Positions 1 to 8,456 of a DNA stretch of 64,000 nt are shown here, in pieces. The position numbers were made by a program, and so were the translations under genes. Location of the stretch: positions 12,529 to 76,528 of the IMG/VR virus record IMGVR_UViG_3300044898_000031. The stretch is one strand, 5' to 3'. The stretch's first letter is position 1, and the number at the start of each line of letters is the position of its first letter. Under the pieces are notes generated by a model that searched no databases, had not been told where the DNA came from, and was given only the letters and a program-made list of their open reading frames with translations. The stretch is from a virus (lineage: Duplodnaviria; Caudoviricetes).

Positions 1-74
1 TAGGATTAAATTCAGACATAATTTAATTAATTTAGGTAAGTTTTGATTTTTTAAACAGATAACAGCCAACAAAT

Positions 75-266
75 TCACGCTACCTTTGCGATAGGGAATA
101 TGACATGCTTAAGCAGTTCTTTTAGCTGATCTTCTTTTTCAAGGGAAAGTGAGCGTTCACCGCGCATAACCATAGAGAAGTATTGGGGATGAATTTCGAG
201 TTGTTTTGCCAGATGTTTATACTTGAATCCGCTGGCTTTTACTTTTTCTTTTGTGATATTGTTCAT
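75..266 (-). CDS. Cro/XRE-like helix-turn-helix DNA-binding protein
   Basis: 63 aa; HTH pattern 'YKHLAKQLEIHPQYFSMVMRGER'; TATGTTTA box 4 nt upstream of ATG. Confidence 0.75.
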   Translation of the reverse strand: MNNITKEKVKASGFKYKHLAKQLEIHPQYFSMVMRGERSLSLEKEDQLKELLKHVIFPIAKVA

Positions 267-370
267 ACTGTAAACATACGTGTATTGATTTATTAAAGCA
301 AGTATAAATACCTGTTTTTGCCTTTTTTAAAACAAATACTTACTAACATTGTATGTGGAGAAAAATAGGA

Positions 371-410
371 AAAAAATAAAGCCGCACAGATTACCACGTC
401 TGTACGGCTA
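371..410 (-). terminator. Intrinsic terminator downstream of the NinB-like gene
   Basis: Minus strand: AGCCGTACAGA-loop-TCTGTGCGGCT followed by TTATTTTTT. Confidence 0.75.
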
Positions 411-464
411 AAACCAAAAATTACTTTGAAAAGTTACCGTTGGTAACGGTAGTAAAAATTTTTA

Positions 465-890
465 TTAAAATATTTCTTTTTGCTGTCCTGGATCGTTGAT
501 TACTACCCCTAAAAATTCTGCTGCCCATTGTTGTATTTCTGCAATAAAATCGTTAAATTCAACTGTTGACAATGAAGCGGTTGACTGAATGATCGTGATA
601 AACTGCCCTTCCTCATTGGCCACATCTTTTTTAAGGAATTTCGCCTTTAGCATCTCATGTATCGTTTCATGGTCGAGCATATGCCTTTCAAAGCCCATAT
701 TGATTAACCCGTCCTTAACTTCATTCAATACTATACCGTGATAAAATGCATTTTGGTTGAGGCTACGCTGCTTTTTTGCTTTAGCAATAGTAACTATCCA
801 TCGACCATCATTAAGAGATTGTAGCGCCTCATACAATGGCCTATTGCCTTTTAAGACACCCTCTTGTTTGTGTAGGTTAAACTGTTTCAT
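465..890 (-). CDS. NinB/Orf-like recombination accessory protein
   Basis: 'RSLNQNAFYH' and 'STASLSTVEFNDFIAEIQQWAAEFLGV' match the NinB-type pattern. Confidence 0.7.
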   Translation of the reverse strand: MKQFNLHKQEGVLKGNRPLYEALQSLNDGRWIVTIAKAKKQRSLNQNAFYHGIVLNEVKDGLINMGFERHMLDHETIHEMLKAKFLKKDVANEEGQFITIIQSTASLSTVEFNDFIAEIQQWAAEFLGVVINDPGQQKEIF

Positions 891-1257
891 CTGTTTCGTA
901 ACCTATTCTATCCCTGAAACCATACCATTCAGACCGCCTCATAACTGCTTTTCCAAACGTATCAAGGCAGTCGTTTAGGTAATTAGCTAAAATAAAATCA
1001 GGTGTATTACTACCATTTTCTTTAGAGTATCTGTTTATCAACGCTTCAAGTTCTTTTATGAAAGTATTGCCATCCCGTTCTTCTATCTGCGGGTATGGAT
1101 TATAGGGTTCGTTGATAGCTGTGCTTAACTCACCGATTGGCTTTATATGTTCATGGCTTTTCGCGCTAAGTTGTGTTTTTTCATCAACAGCCCCGGCCAA
1201 GAAAACATAATCTGTAGCTGTGTTATGTAAAATAGTTTTTCCTTTTATAATTTTCAT
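877..1257 (-). CDS. Conserved-type phage hypothetical protein
   Basis: 126 aa; C-terminal 'ELEALINRYSKENGSNTPDFILANYL...WYG' motif resembles a common phage small-protein family. Confidence 0.6.
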   Translation of the reverse strand: MKIIKGKTILHNTATDYVFLAGAVDEKTQLSAKSHEHIKPIGELSTAINEPYNPYPQIEERDGNTFIKELEALINRYSKENGSNTPDFILANYLNDCLDTFGKAVMRRSEWYGFRDRIGYETDETV

Positions 1258-1286
1258 AATTTTATGTGTTAAAATATATTTAATTA

Positions 1287-1487
1287 CTATTTAACTGGCT
1301 TAAATAAGCCATATCCATCACTTTTTAATAAGTCAAATCTTTTTAAGATTATTTTATTGGTATTGTTGTAAAACGCCAATAATGAATTTGGTCTGTCTTT
1401 ACTTGGCTTAAAAATATCGGTAGAAGTGTCTATATCATCCAATAATTGCCAAAGATTTTCAGCTATTTTTTTGTAATCTTTTTCCAT
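1287..1487 (-). CDS. Hypothetical protein
   Basis: 66 aa ORF in operon orientation with A-rich leader. Confidence 0.55.
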   Translation of the reverse strand: MEKDYKKIAENLWQLLDDIDTSTDIFKPSKDRPNSLLAFYNNTNKIILKRFDLLKSDGYGLFKPVK

Positions 1488-1504
1488 TTTTTTTTACTAA
1501 GTAG

Positions 1505-1735
1505 TTAAATAATTGCTTTTAATTTTTGTTTTGGCAACTCAATATGGTCATAATGTACGTACTGTTGTTCATTCCCTTTATGAATATCAGTTGGAATAAT
1601 CCAAACCTTTAAGATACCTTCATCGAAATCAACAGAAACTAAAATACAAGGAATTATATATTTAGTTCTTGGGTCAGTATATTATAACTCCATATTAAAC
1701 TTAAAACATAATTTTTTAAACCTTTCTTCTGTCAT
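1505..1735 (-). pseudogene. Small gene interrupted by an in-frame TAA
   Basis: MTEERFKKLCFKFNMEL*YTDPRTKYIIPCILVSVDFDEG...KAII*; TAA at 1682-1684; frame fills the gap between neighbouring genes. Confidence 0.55.
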
Positions 1736-1931
1736 AAAAAGCTTTTAGTGAATAATATACTTTAACCTTACCTGTAGCTATTAAATGGTTAATACGATCG
1801 GTAAATAAGTCAACTTTTACTGGTAATTTTGATTTATATTTAGTACATTTAACTACTGTTTTCATCGTAGCGCCATGAAATGCATCACGTTCTTTACGGC
1901 TGTTAAACGCAGGTTCTTTATCATCAAGCAT
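1716..1931 (-). CDS. Hypothetical protein
   Basis: 71 aa ORF in operon orientation. Confidence 0.5.
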   Translation of the reverse strand: MLDDKEPAFNSRKERDAFHGATMKTVVKCTKYKSKLPVKVDLFTDRINHLIATGKVKVYYSLKAFYDRRKV

Positions 1932-1966
1932 AAGCCTTTAAGTGGTGAATATCCTTTTGGCTCGCC

Positions 1967-2350
1967 TCATATCCTATCTCCTTCCAACATTCTTTTTTGC
2001 CTATCCCGAAATTCAGAAGTTATAGACAAGCGCATTTCGTATGGGCCACATCTAAAATAAAAATCATTAGCAGGATATCCACGTTCCATTGCATTTAACA
2101 TTGTATGCTCGCATTTATACCCTTTTTGGGTCAATATAGACTCATAATAGAGTTTGGCGTCTATGGTCATGTAAAATGTCACAAATGAGCCTTCAACATG
2201 AAAATTCATAAAGTTTGACCCCGGACGCATATGATCCATACCTACAATAAAATCAAAAAATGATGCCATTGGGTCAGGTATTTTTATTTGTCCCTCCCTT
2301 AAAGGTAAATTGGCATTTCTGCCTATTGGTATTTTTATTTCTTTGCTCAT
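1967..2350 (-). CDS. Hypothetical protein
   Basis: 127 aa; ATGA-type coupling with upstream ORF. Confidence 0.6.
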   Translation of the reverse strand: MSKEIKIPIGRNANLPLREGQIKIPDPMASFFDFIVGMDHMRPGSNFMNFHVEGSFVTFYMTIDAKLYYESILTQKGYKCEHTMLNAMERGYPANDFYFRCGPYEMRLSITSEFRDRQKRMLEGDRI

Positions 2351-2535
2351 AAAATTTGTTTTTTATTACCGATATTATAACTTACTTTATCCTTCTCTGC
2401 CTGTAGCCTGAATAACGCACAATAGCAGTTTTTATCGCTACCACAACTTTCCCATTTTATAGGGTGGTTATCACATAATGCACACTTGATATATAACCTG
2501 TCGTATTCAGCTTTTGTTATAGTAGTCCTTTTCAT
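2347..2535 (-). CDS. Small Cys-rich (Zn-binding?) protein
   Basis: 62 aa; CxxC...C...CxC; ATGA overlaps. Confidence 0.55.
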   Translation of the reverse strand: MKRTTITKAEYDRLYIKCALCDNHPIKWESCGSDKNCYCALFRLQAEKDKVSYNIGNKKQIL

Positions 2536-3023
2536 TTTCTTACCACATTATCAGGAAACTTAGTTATCCTATTGCCATTAAAAAACCAATGTGGATTTAT
2601 CCAGTAATAATCCATAACATGTATCTTTGCTATAATACCGGTTTGCATTAACTCTACTATAGCTGACTTATATGTGTTTATTGAGCCTACCTCATTTTCT
2701 TCCATATACCTAACCTTATTGATCCATATATAATCCTTGCCTGACTTTAACTCATACCCTATCCACAAAAATAAATCTTTCGACCTCGGCTTTAATTTTG
2801 CCATTATAGTACGCCTTTGTTTATCTGAAAATACCTTACAGTAAGGCGTGGCCTCATAATCAAAGTTTGCTAACTCATAGATAGAATCCTCTCCTGAGGA
2901 CTTATCATGTACCCTATATTTATTATCAGACCGTACCGAATTTACAGGTATTTTTAAACTCGATACAAATGGATTTATACCTAATTCAGCCTCATCTAAT
3001 TCTTGCTTTTCATACTTACTCAT
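2532..3023 (-). CDS. RepL-like (plasmid replication/maintenance-type) HTH protein
   Basis: C-terminal 'AIVELMQTGIIAK..YYWINPHWFFNGNRI' fits the RepL-family HTH pattern; first gene of the leftward operon. Confidence 0.6.
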   Translation of the reverse strand: MSKYEKQELDEAELGINPFVSSLKIPVNSVRSDNKYRVHDKSSGEDSIYELANFDYEATPYCKVFSDKQRRTIMAKLKPRSKDLFLWIGYELKSGKDYIWINKVRYMEENEVGSINTYKSAIVELMQTGIIAKIHVMDYYWINPHWFFNGNRITKFPDNVVRK

Positions 3024-3729
3024 ATAGAATACAAATATAAATAAATTGACATAACATCAAAATATTAATTACAAATAATTGCCTTTTTATCAAAAATAAA
3101 TACCATGTCAATTTTTTGGTTCCAAAATCAGTTTACTGACACCCTGTTTTTATGCCTTTTTAATACCTACAAGCCACTTTTTACTACCATAATTATCCAA
3201 TACTCGATTAGTCATATAATAAGTATTAAGTTAAATCGAGTACCTCTGCTAAAATAACATCAATTAACTTAACATTACACCTATTTAAAATAACTTATGT
3301 TGCTGTTAACAATAAGTAAGTAGCAATATAAATAATACCTCATATTGGTACCTATGGGGGGTTATCTCCTCAAACACTACCCCATGATCCGTGTTTTTAA
3401 AACGGGATTTTGGTAACCGGGTGGCATCGTTTTGTAAAAGGTACTACACTATCAGCTATAGGAGCGTAGCATACAGCATGGGATCAGTCAAACCTTTTTG
3501 CTATAGCTCATTGTAATGGTGTTATCACAAGTGACATTGTTTACTGTCATAGCATACATACATTTTAAAAACTAATAACATTATTTGTATTATTGTATTG
3601 TAAAAACAGTAGGGTAGGGGAGAGGTGTTTTAGTTAATTATATTTCTACTTAACATAATTAACATTATGAGTACATTTTACCTCTTTCTGTTTAACCCTT
3701 TTTTTAAGCATTTTAAGACACTTTAGTTT
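3024..3729. other. Divergent 706-bp non-coding region (candidate origin, packaging site or genome end)
   Basis: Longest ORF-free stretch; lies at the strand switch between RepL-like and winged-helix genes; G-tracts at about 3355 and 3611. Confidence 0.4.
3032..3060 (-). promoter_or_regulatory. Bacteroidota primary-sigma promoter for the leftward operon
   Basis: Minus strand TTGATG-N15-TATATTTG-N8-ATG. Confidence 0.65.
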
Positions 3730-4143
3730 ATGTTGGAACAATCTCCTTCCCTATTTTATAAAGACTTTCCCAAGGCTGTAAAAGCAAAATTAAGGGGGTT
3801 AAACCACGTCTTAACAGATGACGTTATATTATCACTTTGCCGATGGTATCAGTTCAACGACACATTAAAAAACAAATACAGGTTGCATCAGGTGAATGTA
3901 TCAACGTTAATGTTAATCATTTATAACTGGAATTATAAGCAGCAGGGGACGAGTGTGTATTGCATTCAAAAGAATGTAGATAAATGGCAAACGATTAAAA
4001 ATACGGTGTCTATAAGGGATAGGTTGTATATTCTAATGGAAAGGGGTTTAGTTGAACAATCGGTAAAAAACGGAGCACTGAAGGTTTACACTCCAACATT
4101 AAAAGCCTTGCAGGAAATTACTACACTATCTCAAACGGTGTAA
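3730..4143 (+). CDS. Winged-helix DNA-binding protein
   Basis: C-terminal 'IRDRLYILMERGLVEQSVKNGALKVYTPT' wHTH helix-wing pattern. Confidence 0.55.
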   Translation: MLEQSPSLFYKDFPKAVKAKLRGLNHVLTDDVILSLCRWYQFNDTLKNKYRLHQVNVSTLMLIIYNWNYKQQGTSVYCIQKNVDKWQTIKNTVSIRDRLYILMERGLVEQSVKNGALKVYTPTLKALQEITTLSQTV

Positions 4144-4470
4144 AATAAATCCATCATTATAACTATACTTAACCCCACTAAAACAGGTCAAAAACCCTCA
4201 TACGATAGCAACAGGAAATAAAGAGAGTGAACAGTATATAATTACGTATTGTACGTATGAGCGGTATTTGTGTTTGGTTTTGATCTTATTCTATTTGTAG
4301 CACTGTAGAAATTTGGTATATAAATTACGCAAAGTGTGTATATTATTCTACAATGTAATTCCCCATTGAATAATAAAAGTGCTTGTGTAGGTTGTATACC
4401 TATTTGGCACAGTATTTGTATATGTATTTACAACACTGCGGTGTTGCAGTGGGTAAAAAAGCTTAGCAGT

Positions 4471-4872
4471 ATGTTAAACATTAATCCCTTTGCTGAAATA
4501 TTCAGCACAACTAAAATTAAATCATTAGGCATATCGCTTGATACTTTTTACATGGGTGATAAATTAGCCTATAAAATGCATGTTAATGGTGTTTTGTTAT
4601 TTGAAGGCACTGATTTTAAACCCTCCCCTTTGTATAATTGGGATGATTTGGAGGCAAATATTGATTTATTGGGATTCCTATCATGTGGAATACATGATAC
4701 CGATAGTGAATACTTCGCTAGTTATAACCATGCTCAATTAGACTGGGCTAATGATGTAAGCGGCGGTATAACCATACGGGAACGATTGAGCGGCTTGGTA
4801 TCGGATGCCAGCGACAAAAGAAGCGAGTACTATAAAGACGCTATTAAGCAATTCAAACATAAAACGCATTAA
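4471..4872 (+). CDS. Early hypothetical protein (conserved-type 'FEGTDFKPSP...LLGFLS...DTDSEYF' motif)
   Basis: ATG at 4471 with A-rich leader preferred over the GTG at 4336 given in the ORF track. Confidence 0.65.
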   Translation: MLNINPFAEIFSTTKIKSLGISLDTFYMGDKLAYKMHVNGVLLFEGTDFKPSPLYNWDDLEANIDLLGFLSCGIHDTDSEYFASYNHAQLDWANDVSGGITIRERLSGLVSDASDKRSEYYKDAIKQFKHKTH

Positions 4873-4879
4873 CCGTTGT

Positions 4880-4943
4880 TCCGCTAAGCTCAGCGGATGA
4901 TCTGCCAGCCTGCTATCCTTATAGGAAGCGGGCAATTGGCAGT
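4880..4943 (+). ncRNA. Structured intergenic RNA element, copy 1 (small hairpin plus bulged long hairpin)
   Basis: CCGCT/AGCGG hairpin; CTGCCA/TGGCAG, GCCTGCT/AGCGGGC and TCCT/AGGA nested stems. Confidence 0.55.
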
Positions 4944-4975
4944 AGGGGATGTTCCCAAATTTAAAACTTAGCAAA

Positions 4976-5278
4976 ATGCCACTTACAACAGCTTTAAACT
5001 ACCAACGAATAATGGCTCTTAAGCCCACTGTTTATTGCACCATTACCAATTCATTGGGCCAATCATTTGATTTGATAGAGCATCCAACAAAAGGCGATGA
5101 ATATACAGTAATCATAATGTATCACGATGAAAAATTAGCTATTGATAGCGAGTTTTGGGACACTGAAGATATGGAACACACTGAGGATTATATGCCATAC
5201 TATATCTATGGTGAAATTCATTTAGGGTACGAATTAGATAATATAGATAAGACACCATTTGATAAATTACCTATATGA
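4976..5278 (+). CDS. Early acidic hypothetical protein
   Basis: ATG at 4976 after AAATTTAAAACTTAGCAAA leader. Confidence 0.65.
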   Translation: MPLTTALNYQRIMALKPTVYCTITNSLGQSFDLIEHPTKGDEYTVIIMYHDEKLAIDSEFWDTEDMEHTEDYMPYYIYGEIHLGYELDNIDKTPFDKLPI

Positions 5279-5296
5279 AATAACGAACTATAAAGT

Positions 5297-5357
5297 TCTG
5301 CTAAGTCTTTAGCAGTCTGCCAGCGCGACACTCTAAGGGGTTCGCGATTAAGGCGGT
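5297..5357 (+). ncRNA. Structured intergenic RNA element, copy 2
   Basis: CTGCTAA/TTAGCAG hairpin; CTGCC/GGCGG, CGCGA/TCGCG and ACTC/GGGT nested stems; same architecture as copy 1. Confidence 0.55.
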
Positions 5358-5371
5358 AAAAGATAAATAAA

Positions 5372-5539
5372 ATGATAGAAGAAGCTAAATATAAAATTGT
5401 GAGGCAAGCGGATGGTAAAGTTATCAAATCACACAATTTACAAGCACTTGCACGCTATTTTGATTGCGGTATAATGTATATTAAACTTCATTTAGATAAA
5501 CCGGTTCAATTAAACGGTTGGGAAGTAAAATCGATATAA
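5372..5539 (+). CDS. Small putative DNA-binding protein (NUMOD1-like)
   Basis: 55 aa, below the ORF-track cutoff: MIEEAKYKIVRQADGKVIKSHNLQALARYFDCGIMYIKLHLDKPVQLNGWEVKSI. Confidence 0.5.
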   Translation: MIEEAKYKIVRQADGKVIKSHNLQALARYFDCGIMYIKLHLDKPVQLNGWEVKSI

Positions 5540-5556
5540 CAGATAATTATAAGATT

Positions 5557-5748
5557 ATGAGAAAGAATATTGACATATCAGAATCAGCGGTAAAAGTATT
5601 AGATACTTTGGCAGTGGCTGATAACAGGCCAACAAAGAACTATATAGAAACTCAAATAGAGTTCTTATGTAAGAAAAATATAAATGCTATTGACCTCTGG
5701 AATCAGTGTGAAGCAGTTACTAAACAGTTACAACAATTAAGTAAATAA
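5557..5748 (+). CDS. Ribbon-helix-helix DNA-binding protein
   Basis: MRKNIDISESAVKVLDTLAVADNRPTKNYIETQIEF: strand-helix-helix pattern. Confidence 0.7.
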   Translation: MRKNIDISESAVKVLDTLAVADNRPTKNYIETQIEFLCKKNINAIDLWNQCEAVTKQLQQLSK

Positions 5749-5752
5749 GATT

Positions 5753-6058
5753 ATGAAAACGTTAGAGCCTTCATTAGCTGCACTGTCACTAATTAAACAA
5801 GCTGAAATAATAAATGCTAATCTTGACAGGCTGCACGATATTATCAATAAGGCGGAACGCGGAGCAATGGGGTTAACCTTAGATAGTTCTAAAACCCCTG
5901 AATGGAGTAAAGCTAAGCATGAATACGACATGATGTTTAGCCGGTTACGTGCAGTTAACAGCCAGTTGAATAAACTACGTAAATGCGTAGGTTATGAGGC
6001 TGTGAACGGCAAGAGGGTAGCAATCTATCAATACAAAGATAATCAATTAACCAAATAA
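5753..6058 (+). CDS. Hypothetical protein
   Basis: 101 aa; 'KTPEWSKAKHEYDMMFSRLRAVN' helix motif of a common phage family. Confidence 0.6.
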   Translation: MKTLEPSLAALSLIKQAEIINANLDRLHDIINKAERGAMGLTLDSSKTPEWSKAKHEYDMMFSRLRAVNSQLNKLRKCVGYEAVNGKRVAIYQYKDNQLTK

Positions 6059-6083
6059 GTATCACCAATAATCAAAAACTATC

Positions 6084-6428
6084 ATGTCTATTAAATTATT
6101 AACACCGAACCAACACGATGAATTATTAAACCTTTATCGATTATTCCCTGAACTCACTTTAGAGAATAAAGGGTACGAGGGTATAAACAGATGCGATTTT
6201 ACACAAGAAGCAAAAGACGCTGATAAAAAAGTCAACAGTATTTTAAAAAATAGTATCAGTGGCTTTAGTTCTTTTCAAAATTTCTGTCATAGCAAAGCGG
6301 GTGAAATATGTTTAAGGTTTCAATATAACTATAGTTACGATACAAATGATCTGCCATTTACAGGAGTAGGATATATTCTTTTGGATGAACTATTGAACGG
6401 CTTTAGTGACAAAACCCAAAAAAGCTAA
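6084..6428 (+). CDS. Hypothetical protein
   Basis: 114 aa ORF with A-rich leader. Confidence 0.6.
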   Translation: MSIKLLTPNQHDELLNLYRLFPELTLENKGYEGINRCDFTQEAKDADKKVNSILKNSISGFSSFQNFCHSKAGEICLRFQYNYSYDTNDLPFTGVGYILLDELLNGFSDKTQKS

Positions 6429-6550
6429 TCACAAAAATACTCCTGTTTCCTGATCGTTCAGGAGCACACCACCCGGCTGACTGTATTTATTTACGGGGTG
6501 CGCTTTTGAGGTGAGAAATGTTTAATAAATAACAAATTAAAAACGTAAAG

Positions 6551-6769
6551 ATGAATTTTAACACAGCACAAGAAGCGCAAACATTATTTGAATTGGCTTT
6601 TGGACGCTTACTAAGAATAGGGTCACGCCCGGCACAAGATGGAGATGTAGTAGAATATGAGCATTGTAAATGGGTTTGTTATAATGCTGCTGAATATTTA
6701 GGTATTCAAACAGAATATTCTAGGCCGCATGATTTTGTAAGAGATTATTATAAGATTCACCATGACTAA
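6551..6769 (+). CDS. Hypothetical protein
   Basis: 72 aa ORF with A-rich leader. Confidence 0.6.
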   Translation: MNFNTAQEAQTLFELAFGRLLRIGSRPAQDGDVVEYEHCKWVCYNAAEYLGIQTEYSRPHDFVRDYYKIHHD

Positions 6770-7009
6770 CGAAGAAAAGATGCAGATATTAAAAGATAAT
6801 AATATAGAGTATCAATTTAATCCCCAAGGTAATTTAATGGCGCTATGTAAAATTAGCGTTTTTACTGAAGAGGAATGGTTTTTAGCAGACGATGTAATTA
6901 AGCTACTCTGATTTTCTTTGATAACGTTTCAGCGCAACGCTCCAAAGGCTTGCGCTTTTGGAGGTGCAAGGCAATAGTGCCGAAGCATAACAAAACGATC
7001 ACAATTAAC

Positions 7010-7285
7010 ATGAATAAGCAAAACAGAAAAGATTTAACCGAAGCCGTTGAATTTTTAGAAAAAGCAAAGGAACTAATAGCCAGGGCAAAAGAACGTGTTG
7101 AGCAAACCGGAAACGAGGAACAAGAAAAATACGACAATGCAAGTGAAGGTCAGCAAAGCAGGGATAAGTTCCAGCAAATGGAAGAAAACGCTTCTTCTTT
7201 GGAAGATATTTCAGGGTATTTAGATGAAGCTGAAACATCTATTGATGACCAAATAAACGCAATTCAAGATATTATCAACCAATAA
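7010..7285 (+). CDS. Acidic coiled-coil phage protein
   Basis: MNKQNRK...EEQEKYDNASEG...MEE pattern; ATG at 7010 preferred. Confidence 0.65.
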   Translation: MNKQNRKDLTEAVEFLEKAKELIARAKERVEQTGNEEQEKYDNASEGQQSRDKFQQMEENASSLEDISGYLDEAETSIDDQINAIQDIINQ

Positions 7286-7297
7286 ACCCTTAAGATC

Positions 7298-7429
7298 ATG
7301 AACTTTATTCAATTTTCAATAGGCTTAGTACTCATAGTGGGTTTAGGCTTATTAGCTATCAATGTAAACTGGGCTAATCAATGTCAGGATTTATTTAACT
7401 TGTTTAAAGGTAAGGAGAAAGTAAAATGA
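7298..7429 (+). CDS. Single-pass membrane microprotein
   Basis: 43 aa MNFIQFSIGLVLIVGLGLLAINVNW...; ATGA coupled to next gene. Confidence 0.55.
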   Translation: MNFIQFSIGLVLIVGLGLLAINVNWANQCQDLFNLFKGKEKVK

Positions 7430-7758
7430 ACCTAAAAGACGAAACCCTTAAACATATTGGCAATAAGTCAATAAAATGTATTTATATATTTTATTGCTAT
7501 TTTAGGATCGACCACGATAGTGATGTTGAGCAATTTATATTGCCAGTTAATCACACAAATGAACAAGCAAATGATTTTATAGCGTCTTTGGATTTTAATT
7601 ATGATAATGGTTATGGTTCTCAGCGCTACGATGGCACTATATGGTATAAAGACGGATCCTGGTCAGAGCGAACCGAATATGATGGCTCCGAATGGTGGGC
7701 ATATAGAACATGCCCCGAAATACCTAAAGAATTAAAAGGAGAACACCATGCCATTTAA
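7426..7758 (+). CDS. Conserved-type phage hypothetical protein
   Basis: 'LDFNYDNGYGSQRYDGTIWYKDGSWSERTEYDGSEWW' motif. Confidence 0.65.
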   Translation: MNLKDETLKHIGNKSIKCIYIFYCYFRIDHDSDVEQFILPVNHTNEQANDFIASLDFNYDNGYGSQRYDGTIWYKDGSWSERTEYDGSEWWAYRTCPEIPKELKGEHHAI

Positions 7759-7933
7759 ACCGTACACCCCTGAACAGGTCTTTGATTTACTCGGCAGCGT
7801 AACATGTGAAACCGATGTAATAGAAATAGAGCATTATGTAAAATCACACTGGCAGTATTATACGCCTTTAGATGTGCGCCTTTTCTTACAGAGTATTAGA
7901 ATGATTAATCAATATTTAAATAAAAAGACATGA
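7748..7933 (+). CDS. Hypothetical protein
   Basis: 61 aa, overlapping neighbours. Confidence 0.5.
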   Translation: MPFKPYTPEQVFDLLGSVTCETDVIEIEHYVKSHWQYYTPLDVRLFLQSIRMINQYLNKKT

Positions 7934-8172
7934 AAACTATTAGCGATTTAGATAAGCAATCTTTAAGAAATTATGTTAAACTGATTAACGAAGATCAGGG
8001 AAAGGTTAAAATAAAAATATCATTCAATATATCAAGTGTTGATGACTGCGAATACTTAATGTTCAATGTAAACGGTAAGAACATAATTCGTTTTACATTA
8101 GATGAAGCAATAAGTTTCTTAGATGGCTTAATGACGGCTTTAGATGCTTGTTTTTTAGATCAAATTAGCTAA
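7930..8172 (+). CDS. Hypothetical protein
   Basis: 80 aa, ATGA coupled. Confidence 0.55.
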   Translation: MKTISDLDKQSLRNYVKLINEDQGKVKIKISFNISSVDDCEYLMFNVNGKNIIRFTLDEAISFLDGLMTALDACFLDQIS

Positions 8173-8233
8173 CCAAACCACTAATTTCAAAGAACTGATA
8201 CATAAATATAACTAATTAAAACCAAAAATTACC

Positions 8234-8431
8234 ATGAAAAAAGCAAATATATTGGGCATATTAGCCTCAACTGCAATGTTAGGAATGCCAACAAGGCTAC
8301 CGGAAAGTAGACGCAGAAATTACCCATTACAAGGCAATCAAGGGTGGGGACATTACCACGAGCCAAAGGTAAAAAAATGGAGAGCGAAGGAACGAAGAGC
8401 AAAACAAGCACGTAAAATTAACTGGAATTAA
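8234..8431 (+). CDS. Small basic protein
   Basis: 65 aa; Arg/Lys-rich C-terminus; AACCAAAAATTACC leader. Confidence 0.55.
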   Translation: MKKANILGILASTAMLGMPTRLPESRRRNYPLQGNQGWGHYHEPKVKKWRAKERRAKQARKINWN

Positions 8432-8456
8432 AAACAAACCAAAAATTACCACAAAC

